From Podarcis pityusensis (taxonomy: Eukaryota), in NCBI GenBank assembly GCA_964106645.2, contig OZ067043.1: a stretch of 64,000 nucleotides of DNA, one strand, 5' to 3'. How positions within the stretch are numbered: the first letter of the stretch is position 1; the number at the start of each line of letters is the position of its first letter. This document shows positions 21,067-33,358 of the stretch, piece after piece. The position numbers and the translations under genes are program-made. The notes beneath the pieces were generated by a model. That model had not been told where the DNA came from. It saw only the letters and a list, made by a program, of their open reading frames with translations, and searched no databases.

Positions 21067-24000
21067 GAAGCTGGTAGAAAGTGGGAATTCAGGAGCTCTG
21101 TGGGTGTGGGAAACCTGAGTAAATAATACGTCAAGGCAACTGCAGTATCTGAAATGCTTAAGGTGATTCTGTGCTTGTGTGTCATTTAAGATGATGAGGA
21201 ACAAGTTTTGTTTTTAGGGATATTCGTCCAAAATTACTGATCTTCTTGAGAAATCCCAGTTAAGCCTCCCAAGGAACTCCAGGGTCCCTAAAACACAGTT
21301 TCAGAACTGCTGGTTTAATTAAAATCTGCAGAATATCTCCTCTTCTTGAAACCCCTTTGAAATAGGACCACATGGTGCTCATCGTACACTCTAATTCTAA
21401 TAAGTAAGGAGGCGTCACTTCCTGGCCTTTATAAAGGCTTCTGTGGCCTTGTACAACTTCTTTTTAAAAGCTTCATTGCAGCATAACAGCTAAAAACAAT
21501 TGGGGAAAAATAATACAGCAACAAGAGCAGCTTTTTGGAAGCCACGCGGTGCATTCAATGTGCCTTTATTGTTGAAAGCCATTGTGGGAGGCGAGGGACT
21601 TAATAAATGGAATCTCCTGGTGTTTAAGAAGTATTTCATTAGTTGTAGTCTTAGCAAGATACTTCTATAAGCATTTTATTAAATTACAGAAGAGAAACCC
21701 GTAGTTGCAAAGCTGTTCACCATGTAACATTTCTGGAACTTTATATGATACATGTTCTTAAAAGAATGACCCTGGTTTCTGTGGCATTTTAAAAGCTGCC
21801 TTTTAAACATTGCACAGTTTTTTGTCTCCTTATTGTGAAGGGGAAATTTTTGTTTTGATTGGACATCCTTTATTTAAATAAAAAAGAATTCTGGTTGACG
21901 TAATTATTAGAATTTCAGGGTTTTAAGTAGCACGAGCCTGTGAAACAACATGCTGCCAGAATGCTAGTGTAGTACACAGGGTTCTGAACTTAGCTCAGAT
22001 GGTTCTGGGTTCCAGTTCCTGAACTTAGCTCAGGTGGTTCTGGGTTCAAATTCCTGCTTATTCTTGACTGAATGAAACTCAGTCTCTTAGCCTAACTTAA
22101 CTCCTAGCAGATAAAATTGAAAACCATCCTAGATAAGATTCCACCCCCACCCCCCTGTAACTTCTCGTGGTGTTTCTCTGGGGGAAGTATCCTGGCAATA
22201 CTAAGTTACTATTTTTTTCTTGGATTCTACTAATTGTTTTGGTGAATTTATTCCTGTTGTTTGCTTTATTTATATGTTATTGTGTTTGATATTATAGCTA
22301 TTGCAGTCTTTGTTGTTTTTTATATGTGATTATTGTGAGCTGCTTTGAGCTCTGTTGCTGGAAAAGCAGAATACAAGTATTAAATTAAATCAAATCAAAA
22401 AGTACAACTTGGTTTATCTACGCAATCTCTGAAAGATCCAGAATATGATGTTAACTATAATATTCATATATACTAGCCAAATGAGGGGAGATGTATTCAG
22501 ATAGGTTGTTCTCAGGGGTGTGGAAAACCTTGGGAACAGAGGGCGCAATGAGTAGCAGGAATTGACAAAACTGATGTGCCTTGTGCTATTGGAAGCCCTT
22601 GTACAAGTCCAAAGTCACCATTAGACACAACCCTGAATGTCTTTCACTATCCAGAGTAGAAGAAAATAAATCTATTGACATAAATAGCGCAATCCATTCT
22701 GTTAACCTGAATTTGCCATGATGAAGGAAGATCAGTTCATGAGGCTTTGTTAGAGTTTTTGTTTGTTTGTTTTTGACTTTGTGAAAAGCATCTGGATATG
22801 GTGGAATAAATTCAGGGGATTTTACAATATAAGAAACATATGGCCAAGTATTTTCTTCTGGCTGCTTTCTAATGCCAAGGATTTGTGGCTAGCTGAGCAA
22901 TTCACTCAATTATAGCTTGTGCATACATATTTGAAAAATAATGACAATAAAGGAAAGGAAATTCATAAGCCAAGTTGCTATCCTGAAGTTGTTTTTATCA
23001 GAATTATTCTTAAGCAATTTCAGGCACAAATCCATATGATCTGCTGTGACACCCACCCATCCCAAAGCCATGAGTTAGTATTTTATGGGAAAGAATTCTT
23101 AAGTTTCAACTAATTTTATTGGTAGCTTGGTCAATTAAAATAGTTCTACAAACTATTTTACAAGCTTTATTTTTTTTAAAAAAAATGTTTGGTTTTTAAC
23201 TAATTAATGTAGCGTTGTGAACACACCAACATTATTTGCTGAATTCTTGCATTATTATTTTGATTGAAGATGGAGGGTGTACACCCTTGGCCAAAGTATG
23301 CCCTTTGTCCTGGCATGTACAGCTTTCCCTAGAAATTTGATATTGCTGCTGGGTGATTTCCCCCACCTGTAGTCTGGATATGGAATACTTGCTGATACTG
23401 CTTTCTAACACAGGAAAGGAGGGGAGGGTTATTTCTGCATCACTTCCATTTCTCTTTCTTCCACTCTTCTGCCTATGTGGAGGAGTCGAGGCTTTGGGAA
23501 CAACATTCCTTCTTGTTTTTGAAACCGTTTTGCTTGGGTAGCTTTCCGGTTTGATACAGATCCAAATGGTGCTACAAAATAGAAAGGGGTGGAAACTTTT
23601 AATTTGAAATGAGAGCATGTTTCAGTTTTTATTCCATTATCCAGAGTCAATTAGTAGCAAACTGTTAACCTAACCTTGAGATTTCAGGATTGTATCGAAT
23701 GCTAGTCCTACACACTCATGGAAGTTAATGGGCACAACTAACAGGTTCATTCCTTTCGATGGGTCTGCTTTGGAAGGAACTGAGTTGGCTACAACTCTGA
23801 AAGTTTCAACAAAGTAACTTCAGCTTGTCACAATCATAAAAGCCCATCGTACCTTCTTTCCCCAGTGTTTCCCCAAACTTGGGTCGCCTGCTTTTTGGGG
23901 GGACTACAACTCCCATCATCCCTAGCTAGCAGGACCAGTGACCAGAGATGATGGGAGCTGTTCAAAAACAGCAGGAGACTCAAGTTTTGGAAAGCTAGGA

Positions 24001-24101
24001 TGTGGCACTGCTTTGCCCGTGCTTCTCTGGGGTTTTCCTCCAGTCTGCTGAGGTGAGAAGCAGAAAGTGGTTCAGATAGGCAGAAGCCAGGCCTGTGGAT
24101 A

Positions 24102-24361
24102 CAGTGGTACCTCTAGATGTGAACGGGATCTGTTCCGGAGCCCCGTTTGCATCTAGAAGCAAACGTAACTAGCGATGGCATGTCTGCGCACGCATGCGCC
24201 ACTTTTTGCCGCTTCTGCGCATGCGCGTGACGACATTTTGAGCGTCTGCGCATGCGCAAGTGGTGAAACCCAGAAGTAACACACTCCATTACTTCTGGGT
24301 TCCTGCAGAGCGCAACTTGAACGCGCTCATCTCGAAGCACATTCAACCCAAGGTATGACTG
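24102..24361. mobile_element. Tigger-like MITE, GCGCATGCGC-type
   Basis: TA TSD; CAGTGGTACC..GGTATGACTG ends. Confidence 0.87.
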
Positions 24362-24399
24362 TACTCCTTCTGGAGTCAAGGAGTATCACCACTTAACTA

Positions 24400-24957
24400 C
24401 CGTATTTTTTGCTCTATAGGACGCACCGGACCATAGGAGGGGGAGAACAGGGGAAAAAAATTCTCCCCCTCTCTGCTCAGCACCCCTTCAGTGAAGCAGC
24501 AGGAGAAACAGAGCCCCTTCCATTTCTCCTCCCGCTTCGCTGAAGGGGCGCTGCGCAGAGAGGCAAAACTGTGCAGCGCCTCTCCAGCGAAGCAAAGCCT
24601 GGAAAGCAAGAGTGATCTGTGTGCACCAACCCCTCTCGCTCTCCAGGCTTCAGGCGGCCATCTGCAAGCCTTCGGAGCACGGCGGGAACTCCTGTCGCGC
24701 TCCGAAGGCTTGCGGATAGCTGCGTGAAGCCCCCGGAGTGCAGCGGGAGTTCCCTGCGCTCTGGGGGCTTCAGGCGGCTTCAGCAAAAAGCAACGCGAAG
24801 CCTCCGGAGCATGGGGGGAGCTCACCCTCTGCGCTTTGGAGGCTTCGCATTGCTATTGCTGAAGCCAAGGAGCCTGCATTCGCTCCATAGGATGCACACA
24901 CACTTCCCCTTCATTTTTGGAGGGGGAAAAGTGCGTTCTATAGAGTGAAAAATACGG
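24400..24957. mobile_element. Tc2/pogo-like MITE with GC-rich interior
   Basis: TA TSD; TIR CCGTATTTTT(T/C)GCTCTATAGGACGCAC. Family also at 43490-43966 and 53239-53497. Confidence 0.88.
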
Positions 24958-26300
24958 TACTTCCTCGTCCACATGGCACAGATTGACCAATTCCAGTCTA
25001 TTCTGTGAGTCAGCCTAAGAGCAATTGAAATAGGTAAATGCTTCCTATGGTCAGTCTTCAATACTGTGCTTCATACAGAACTGAAAAAGGCTTTGTAGAA
25101 AATGCACAGCCGTGCAGTTTGTTTCTTTGTAAAGTGTTGGTACACAAAGTTGTTGGACTGTTTCAACACATGGTTAATGTCCTTAAACCTGATAACTGTG
25201 TTTGTCTTTCTCCCACAGTACTTCTAAAATCTAGGGAAGCTTTCTAGCATTCCCCCCCTTTCACATGCCACATTTGTAGTTCATGGCTTTTCTTTCTTAG
25301 CCAGAGGCCCTGTACAAAAACGGGACCTGAATGGCTGTATCACGTGAGGCTGCAACTTGGGTTGCAGCCGTTGTGCCTTCAGCTGAGTCAGGGGGAGAAT
25401 GCTGATTTTCTGCTCCCCTTGGGTTTGTCGGTGCTTCTTGTCAAGGGAGATAGCTATGGTATGTAGATGGCTGAATTAAAAATACCCCCCCCCCCCAAAT
25501 AATGCATATCAGAAAGTTGCACTTGCAGGTTGCTTACCATGAAATCACAGAAGAATAATCAATGCCTGGCTTAGTTTTTTTGCTTCTCAGTTTAAAAGGG
25601 AGAAACGGGTAAGGCAGTACCACTTAGTAAGCAGTCTTTCTTGAATGAGATGGTAGCTTCTGAATTTTATGTAGTGTACCTTTCCTTTTGCTCTTGGGGA
25701 ACCAAAGAGCATTAACATGCTGCCCGACATATTTAGGATATATTCTTGCTTTCATGCACCAGAAGCACTCACATTACTCCCAGGTAAGCGTGCATAGGAC
25801 TGCAGCATTAATGCCCCTAACTACATCTTTCAGGTTTTCATATACCATTGTATACTTAAATAGCAGAATTGTAGAAATAGTAAATCAGGAATCACAAAAT
25901 TGGGCTTTGAGCCATTTGCTGTTAAAGCATATCTTCCTTATCCCTGAACAAAGTGAATGTCTTGGGGCTAAAGTAAGTTGGTCATTTTAGTTTGGCTTGC
26001 GCAGTTGGGCAGGGAAGGTATATTCTCATTGTCTTCCCCCTTCCAGAATGTTCTGTGAACCAAAGTAAATGGGTTGGCAAGACTGTTAGGGAAGAACAAA
26101 AGCATACTCCTTGCAAGAAATTGGGTCACCACCAGCTTTAGTTCCCACCTTAGCTGTGACTGCAAATATGTCCCTTTATTCTCTCCCATGACTGACATTT
26201 ATAGGGGGAAGGAAAAGTGGGAGATAAAACTTACTCAGTTTCTGATGCTATGTGCCTATCCTGCTGAATAGGACCCTGCATGTGTGAATGAAACTAAAAG

Positions 26301-26728
26301 GCTTTGTTTGGACATAAACTCAAGTTTATTACAAGAACAAGCTGCACCAAAGCCTTGAACTTGTGCATTTGCTTCCCTCCTCCGGCATGGCCACAAGGAG
26401 GAGATCAGAAGCTTTCACTTCCGTTTTTTGCTTAATCACAGCTTGTTGCAATTAATCAAACCTTGATTTATCACAACAATGGTTTGTTGAAACAACCCAA
26501 TTTTGCACTATAGGCTATTAAGCTGATTTAAAATAATAATAATAAATAAATAAAAAATTAACCACAGTTGTTTCAGAATAAGGCTAAACTGTGGTTAATC
26601 AAAAAGCAGAAGTGAAAGCTTCTGATATTCTTGCAGTGACACAAAAGGAGGGTGCATGAGTGTGAGGCTCATTCTGGCTCATTCTCCTAATTCTAAATTA
26701 TAGCTTATTGTTACGTTCAAACACAGCT
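26301..26728. mobile_element. Old fold-back MITE (boundaries approximate)
   Basis: Inverted arms atcagaagctttcacttccgttttttgcttaatcacag (~26404-26441) and ctgtggttaatcaaaaagcagaagtgaaagcttctgat (~26589-26626). Confidence 0.6.
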
Positions 26729-29379
26729 AATGTATCGTCCTAAGTAGGAATCATTGCAATATATGGGTGCTCTCCCCCCCCTCACAGCACAGCCATGGCA
26801 CTATAATAAAAAGGAATTTTGCTAGTTACATGATGATGATTATATTTGATTTGTATCACACACTCTCTCATGGGCTCAGCATTTTTTATTAATGTTAGTA
26901 TTCCTGCACCCTAGGGATATACAATTTATGGCAGTATGTAATAAATATAAAAATGTGTGAGATTAACACAGAATGCATTAGTTGTTTACAACTGATTGTA
27001 CTTCTGTTCTACACACTGATTTAACTGCAGCAAATTTTCCCCAGGAATACCGTGAACTGCAGTTCTGTGAGGCTACTGAGCCTTCTCTGTTAAAGATCCT
27101 TAGTCTTCAGTATGCAGAATCATAATGTAATTATTATGCTATTAGTCAGATGTAATAGCATCCCTTAGGTAGAAAAAGTGCCACAACTACTGCAGTTGAG
27201 ACATTAATTGTCTCAGGATATTTAATTGTGTCACAACACACACACACAGTATTCAAAATAGGCAGAAAGCTGAGTTAGTTTACAAATTTCAGACAGGTAA
27301 TTTGAAGGCTTAGTCTTAGAAGGAAAAGAATTTATCCTGTGCTGAAAGTAAAAAAATCTGTGAATTCTTTTGATCTCTCTCATGTGAAAAACAGATCCAA
27401 CAATACTTCTTTGGTTTCTTCCTATCTTATGGTGGGAAGAAAAGGAGAACAGGGAAGCCCAAGAATCCGTCCAGGTGTAAGAAGTACTGGAAGTTATTTC
27501 AATTGGCTGTAACAAAAGGAGTAGAGTGGAAATCATTGAAAACTGGTTCACACCAGCAATTCTTCGTGCACTATTAACTGTTCAGATCTAGGCACAAAAC
27601 ATTATTCTGAGGAGAAAAGGTTTAGTGAACCCTGGAAATTGGATTTGATTTATGCCAGAAAATCTGCCTTTTCACTGCTTGAGATTTTCTATGGAAGAAA
27701 GCCACAGCCTTTTACCAAACGGTTTCTAAGGAAACATCTTATAGCAGAGCATCTAAAAACAATTTGGTTGTTAATGAGAAATAGTTCTCACAACGGTGGG
27801 AAAGTGCTGAGTGAAAGAAAAGGCTTCAAGATTTTGGCACTTTCTCCATAAAGACATTTAAATAAAAGTGTGCTGTGCTGTAGCCCAGCTTATGAAATTT
27901 CCTGCATAGAAGGGACTTTAATCACCTGGCTTTCAGGGCTCTGTTCTCTGGTTTCACATCCTCTCCTCTTTACTGCAGGTAAACACTTTAAAGTGAGCTG
28001 CAGAAATACCTTTTAAATTTTTTATTTAAAGCAAGTTAGACACTTAGAAATTTGTCATTCCATTGATACATAATTTTACGGTATTACTAAAAAAAAAAAA
28101 AGTGGTTATGAGCCATCAAACCTTGGAAATACGCTTTCCCCAAAAGGTTTCTACAATTTTGGCCACTAGTGTATTATTCAGCATGCTCTGAATCTTTACT
28201 CTGTTACTGGAGTGAGTGCCGTCTGTCAGGTTCAGTCTGGTCTTCACCCAAGAGCCTCCTGTTGTGAGAATGGCTGTCTCTTGGGGCTAGCCTCCCTCTT
28301 TCCATCCTATTGGTTTTCTCTGCCCAGACTATAAATGTTTCTAGGTCTTTGTCTAGGTCATTCTGTCCTGGGGTTGACCCTCCCATATTACATTTGTTTG
28401 GACCTGCTTACTAGCATCTGCATAGGGGACCTTTTTTAGCCCAAGGTCCCATTCTGGCCCAAGCTCCAGGGACCACAATGGCACTGGTGAGCAGGGCAAG
28501 CAGAGCAACTCCTGTCCTCCATGCAAGCAAGCAAGAAGCACAAGTTCAAGCACTCATTCTAGCCGGGCATAAAGAAGACTGCAAAGCAGAGCCAGTAAGG
28601 TATGGCCTGGGGAGAGTCCGAAGGGCCAGACAGAGAGGGCTCAAAGGCTGCGTTCGGCCCCTGGGGCTGAGGTTCCCCATTCACGGCTTAGGCCATCAAG
28701 TGGGATCTGCCTCGTTCTCCATCTGAATCCTGCTTGGATTTGAACTGAGCCCTCTGCCTGCTCAGCTGTCTAGTGATGCTACTCTCAGAAATACTGTTAA
28801 TACACGGGAGCATGGTTCCCGCTGTTACGTAGCCATAGGGCATCCCTGTAGCTGTCACTCATAAACATTTCCTTAGACTTGCTGTGGTGGGATGCTGAGA
28901 AGCCACTTGGGGAACTGAAAAAAGAAGGAAGGGTAGATTAACTGATCAGATGTCCTACATCAGAGACATGTAGAAGGGTGTACTAGCCTCTGAAGCAATA
29001 ATTACATTGTGGAAAATGCATTCCGAAGTAATTTTGGTGCCAAAAATAAAACAGAGCACCCTACGTCCAAGTATGTAATTATGCACTAACCATAGCTAAG
29101 GTATTATCTTCATCCTAAATGCTAATGTTTACAGCTTCTTTATGTATGCCCCGGGTCCACCCCCCTTAGTCTTTCAGTTTTTCTCATTCTGTTATTATTT
29201 CTGCTTTTTAACAGTCTTGGGTGCCAAATGAAAAATTCAAAAGTAAAAGGTGTGTTGGAAATGAAACGTCCGACTTTCTATCAGGATTGTTTGATTAGTG
29301 GGATGCCTCTGAGAATGTTTAAGACAAATATTTTGAGAACTAGTTGTACATATACAAAGTTGTATGTTTTTGGGAAGGC

Positions 29380-29700
29380 TGAAGCTCAGGGGTAGAGTAT
29401 CTGCTTTGCCTGCAGAAGGTTACAAGTTCAATCCCCAGCATCTTCAGGTAGGGCTGGGAAGGACACCTTGTCTGAAACCCTGGAGGGCCACTGCCTGTGA
29501 GTGTAGACCAGTGATGGCCAAACTTGGCCCCCCAGCTGTTTATGGACTACAACTCCCATCGTCCCTAGCTAACAGGACCAGTGGTCAGGGATGATGTGAA
29601 TTGTAGTCCCAAAAGAGCTGGAGGGCCAAGTTTGGCCATCACTGGTGTAGACAGTATCTAAGGTAGATGGACCAACTGTCTGAATTTGTAAAAGACAAGC
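29380..29700 (+). mobile_element. tRNA-derived SINE (Squam2-like) interrupted by a palindromic hAT MITE at 29509-29644
   Basis: gctcaggggtagag..gttcaatccccagc head; MITE TSD gtgtagac (29501-29508, 29645-29652). Confidence 0.8.
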
Positions 29701-32700
29701 TGCTTGTGTTCCTGTATGAGCTTGTCTTCTTGGAAGTTGGCATAATGTATTAGCGAAACCCTTCTGGTGTAATTAATTTCTAAATATCAGAACTCACACA
29801 TGGTCACTATTTCCTAAAAGAATTAACTTTAGTGCATTGGTTTGCTGTAAGGATAGTCTGTACAAGGATTTAAAGAAAGAGAAGCATGCTGAATGTTTCA
29901 TGGTTGCTTGTGTTTTTTTAAAGCTGTGTTACATGATTGTACAGATGTAATTGTACTTTAATTGTTTTTTATCAAAAAAATAACATGAAGTTGCCTGATT
30001 CTTTTATGCAAGACTTGCTTTGGAAATGATACATATCTTAAGCGAAACAGTGGAACTGAAAGGCCTATCCTGGTTTAGTTAAAACATTCCCACGATGTAG
30101 TCCAAATGTTGAGTAACTCCATAGAAATGAAAGACTGGATGTCAAAATAAATTAGTATGTGTATGCTATTGTGGATCAGCTTTGCACTTTATGGCCACAT
30201 CCTGCAAGGACTCTTCTCAGTTTTAACTAGAGCTAAAGACACAAGATGGTTTTACTCACGGTTAATGAGTTCTGTATAACTACCTATAGGTTTCCTTAGC
30301 ACACATCCTGTTTTTATGGGAACAACATTTCAGAGGATATAGATAAAGGTTGTAAATATTTGGGGTGTCATTCCGAATTGTACGGTAGGAAGCTCAACAG
30401 TTAAAAGCTTCTAAGCCTTTTTGCCAGGAAATTAATTCAGAGGGCTAAAAAACAGTAATAGGATATTCTCAGCAGAGGCAAAATACATGAATAAAAGATA
30501 AACATAACTCTGAAAAACTTAAGAGCAGTCCCTTTGTTTATATAATGTGATGATGATGATATTGTATAACTGCCTAAGAGTCAATAACATAAAACCTTTT
30601 TACTTATCATCTCTGTGGATTTTATCCAATAATAATCCTCCTCAGAGTCCACCCATTGAAATTAAAGGACATCACTAATTTAGCACACTTTAGCAATTTG
30701 GTCTATTCTGGGTTTTTCTTAGCTGGATACCACTTTATAGCTTTTGTTCAACATTCAGAGCATTGTGCAGTCTTCTTGAGGTCTCCATCCAGAACTATAC
30801 ACAGAACAGAAAGTGTGCAGCCAGATTAGGGAGGAAAGGTGATTGTTGCAGATGTAGCTGCTTTCACAATTTACCATAATTATATTAAGTTTTAAAACCA
30901 TCGGCTTGAAAGAAAAGGGAGATCAAGAATGAGATTGTGATTCCTTAGTACATTTGCAAATTAGTAAGAATTATAGCGCATGTCTGCTTAGAACACTGAG
31001 TTCAGTTGGGCTTACTCCTAGGTAAGTGCATACAGTACAGGATTTCAACTTTAAAAATAACTGTTCATGAGGTGAAGAAAAGCCAGAGACATTCAATGCC
31101 ATTGGGTAGAAATGTATTTTGTAGACTGATGACACAGGTTTGCTAGCCTCTGCTAGCAATTTTGGGTGGACATCTTTGGATAAGCATCTTGGACCCTGGT
31201 CCAGGTCTGAAAGGTCAAATACTTGTGAATTCCAGTAATACCTTGTACTGAACCTCTATGGAAAGAAGAAAGAGACTAGTACTCTCAGGCAAGCTAGTTT
31301 GATAATGGGGTGGGTGGGAGCATTGTTTATTTACATTTTGCTCTGTTGATTGTTATAGTTATATATTAACATTTAATAAAAATCATAGCTATTTGCTCAT
31401 AGAAATCACTTTAAAAGCTGTGAGAAGGAAAAGACTCCAGAAATAAAGCTTTTCTCCTCTTGCATTAATCAGGCGTGGTTTGGATAAAGGCTGGAAACCT
31501 GGCAGCCTACAGGCAGAATTCAGTCCTCAGAAGGCTGTCAGCTGGTCCCTGCGGTGGTGTTCAGGATTCAGAGGCCATCCTCCCCCTCGCCCCATACTGC
31601 CATTGCTGCAACTTTTCAATTAAGGTTTGGTGGCAATTATGTAATTTTCCAGTCTGTGTCTGCTGGCTGGTATATTAATTGTTAATTTGGAAGGGAGGTG
31701 AGGAGGAACTATCTGCCATCTGCAATATTTAATTTTTGGCTAGGTGATCCTCAGGGTCCTTCCAGCTCTACAAATCTACGATTTGTTCATTTGTTCTATG
31801 ATTTGTATGGATTTCACCAGAAGTGAAGCTGCTCCTGAAGGTTTTCAGAAAGAGGCAGGTTCATTTGTTTGTTTGTTTGTTTGCCTGTTTCATGAAATTC
31901 TGCTGCAGCTTCCTGCAAATGTGGCTGTCTGTAAATATGATATCTGGAGTTACTAGCCAGTTCCTTCAAGCATACTTAACACACCCAAAGAGCAGTGTTA
32001 ACCAAGGATCCAGGTTCTTTTGCATACAGGAGTGGGCTTTTGTAGAAGATCTGTGTGCCCTAAATTTTCTTACTGGACTCTATTATGCACGAAAGGGGTC
32101 TGAGCCCATTTGCAAGACCTCTGAATGAACTCCATTCATTTGGTGTGCTTGGAAGTGGCCATTCAGACACAAAGAGACACAATAGCTACAACCTAATTTC
32201 CTTGGCACCGACACCAGCTTATTAAAAGGGAAGAGTTTGTTATGAAAAAAAAAGTGTAGTAGCTTTTCTATGGTAGTTATATAATTCAACATTCCATTAA
32301 TATCTCCATGGTGTAATTATATAAGCACATTCATTTCCTTACATGTCTGTAGTGTGTTGGTTCTGGATACTTCCTAACTTCCTTGGTAACATTTAAATAC
32401 AGTTGTAGCATGTATCATTATATAGAAATACAATTTGTGCATTTTAATATGGAACACATCCTGTCAGTGTTGAATTTACTATTTTCCTGGCAATCATTCT
32501 TAAGTTGTCATTGCAAGTAGTCATGATAAATAATGACATGAAGGCACAGTTGGCTAGATTGTTCAGAATGTAATAAAATAAATTACCAAAATGTAAGGCT
32601 AACCTGTACAAATATTTAATTGCTTAGAATGTATCATATTGATTGCCACTTCAGCACTTGAACGAGGGCTATGACCTTAGTGTTGGAATTCCAGGAAGGC

Positions 32701-32899
32701 ATGCTAGAATAAATAGTGTAAGGGTAGAAAAATGGTAAGTAATTAAATCTAAGGACCATGTAATTAGGAAGCAACACTATCCCAAGGAGGTCTCGGGCTA
32801 GCAAGGTCTCTCCTGCTAACTCCAGTGTTGAGGGTAGTTTTGTGTGCACAATGGATTCAAAGTGTATGTGTGTGTTATGGGTGGGACCAGTTGTGAAGT

Positions 32900-33190
32900 T
32901 GCTCCATCCATCTCTATGGGGGAAGTTCCAAAGTCTGGGAGGAGCCACCAAGAAGACCCTGTTCCATGGCCATATCAAACATGTCTGTGAGGGTGGCGGG
33001 ACTGAGAGAAGGGCCTTCCCCAAAGATCTCAAAAATCGGGCAAGTTTCCCTAAGGGAATGTGGTTTTTCAGATAGCTTGGACCTAAGCGGTTTAGGGCTT
33101 TATAGGTCATAACCACCACTTCAAATATTGTCCGGAAACGGACCAGTAGCCAGGGAGCTGTTGTAACAAGAGAGTTGTATGCTCCCTTGC
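32900..33190 (-). mobile_element. L2 LINE fragment; an opposite-strand L2 tail with (AAT)n follows at ~33200-33360
   Basis: VVMTYKALNRLGPSYLKNHI..RFLRS..RVFLVAPPRLWN. Confidence 0.75.
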
Positions 33191-33321
33191 ATTTGTATAT
33201 CTATGCATTTGTTTTAAGACGTTTAGGGAAGTTTTTAATATTTAATTCTGTATTGTTTTTAACACTCGATTAGGAGCTGCCCAGGGTGTCTGGGAAAACT
33301 CAGCCAGATGGGCAGGGTATA

Positions 33322-33358
<37 letters not shown>

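Noticed and set aside
12670-21204. BovB fragments as evidence of new horizontal transfer or ruminant contamination
   Set aside because: BovB is a well-known resident of squamate genomes, and two of the copies have TSDs in native intronic sequence.
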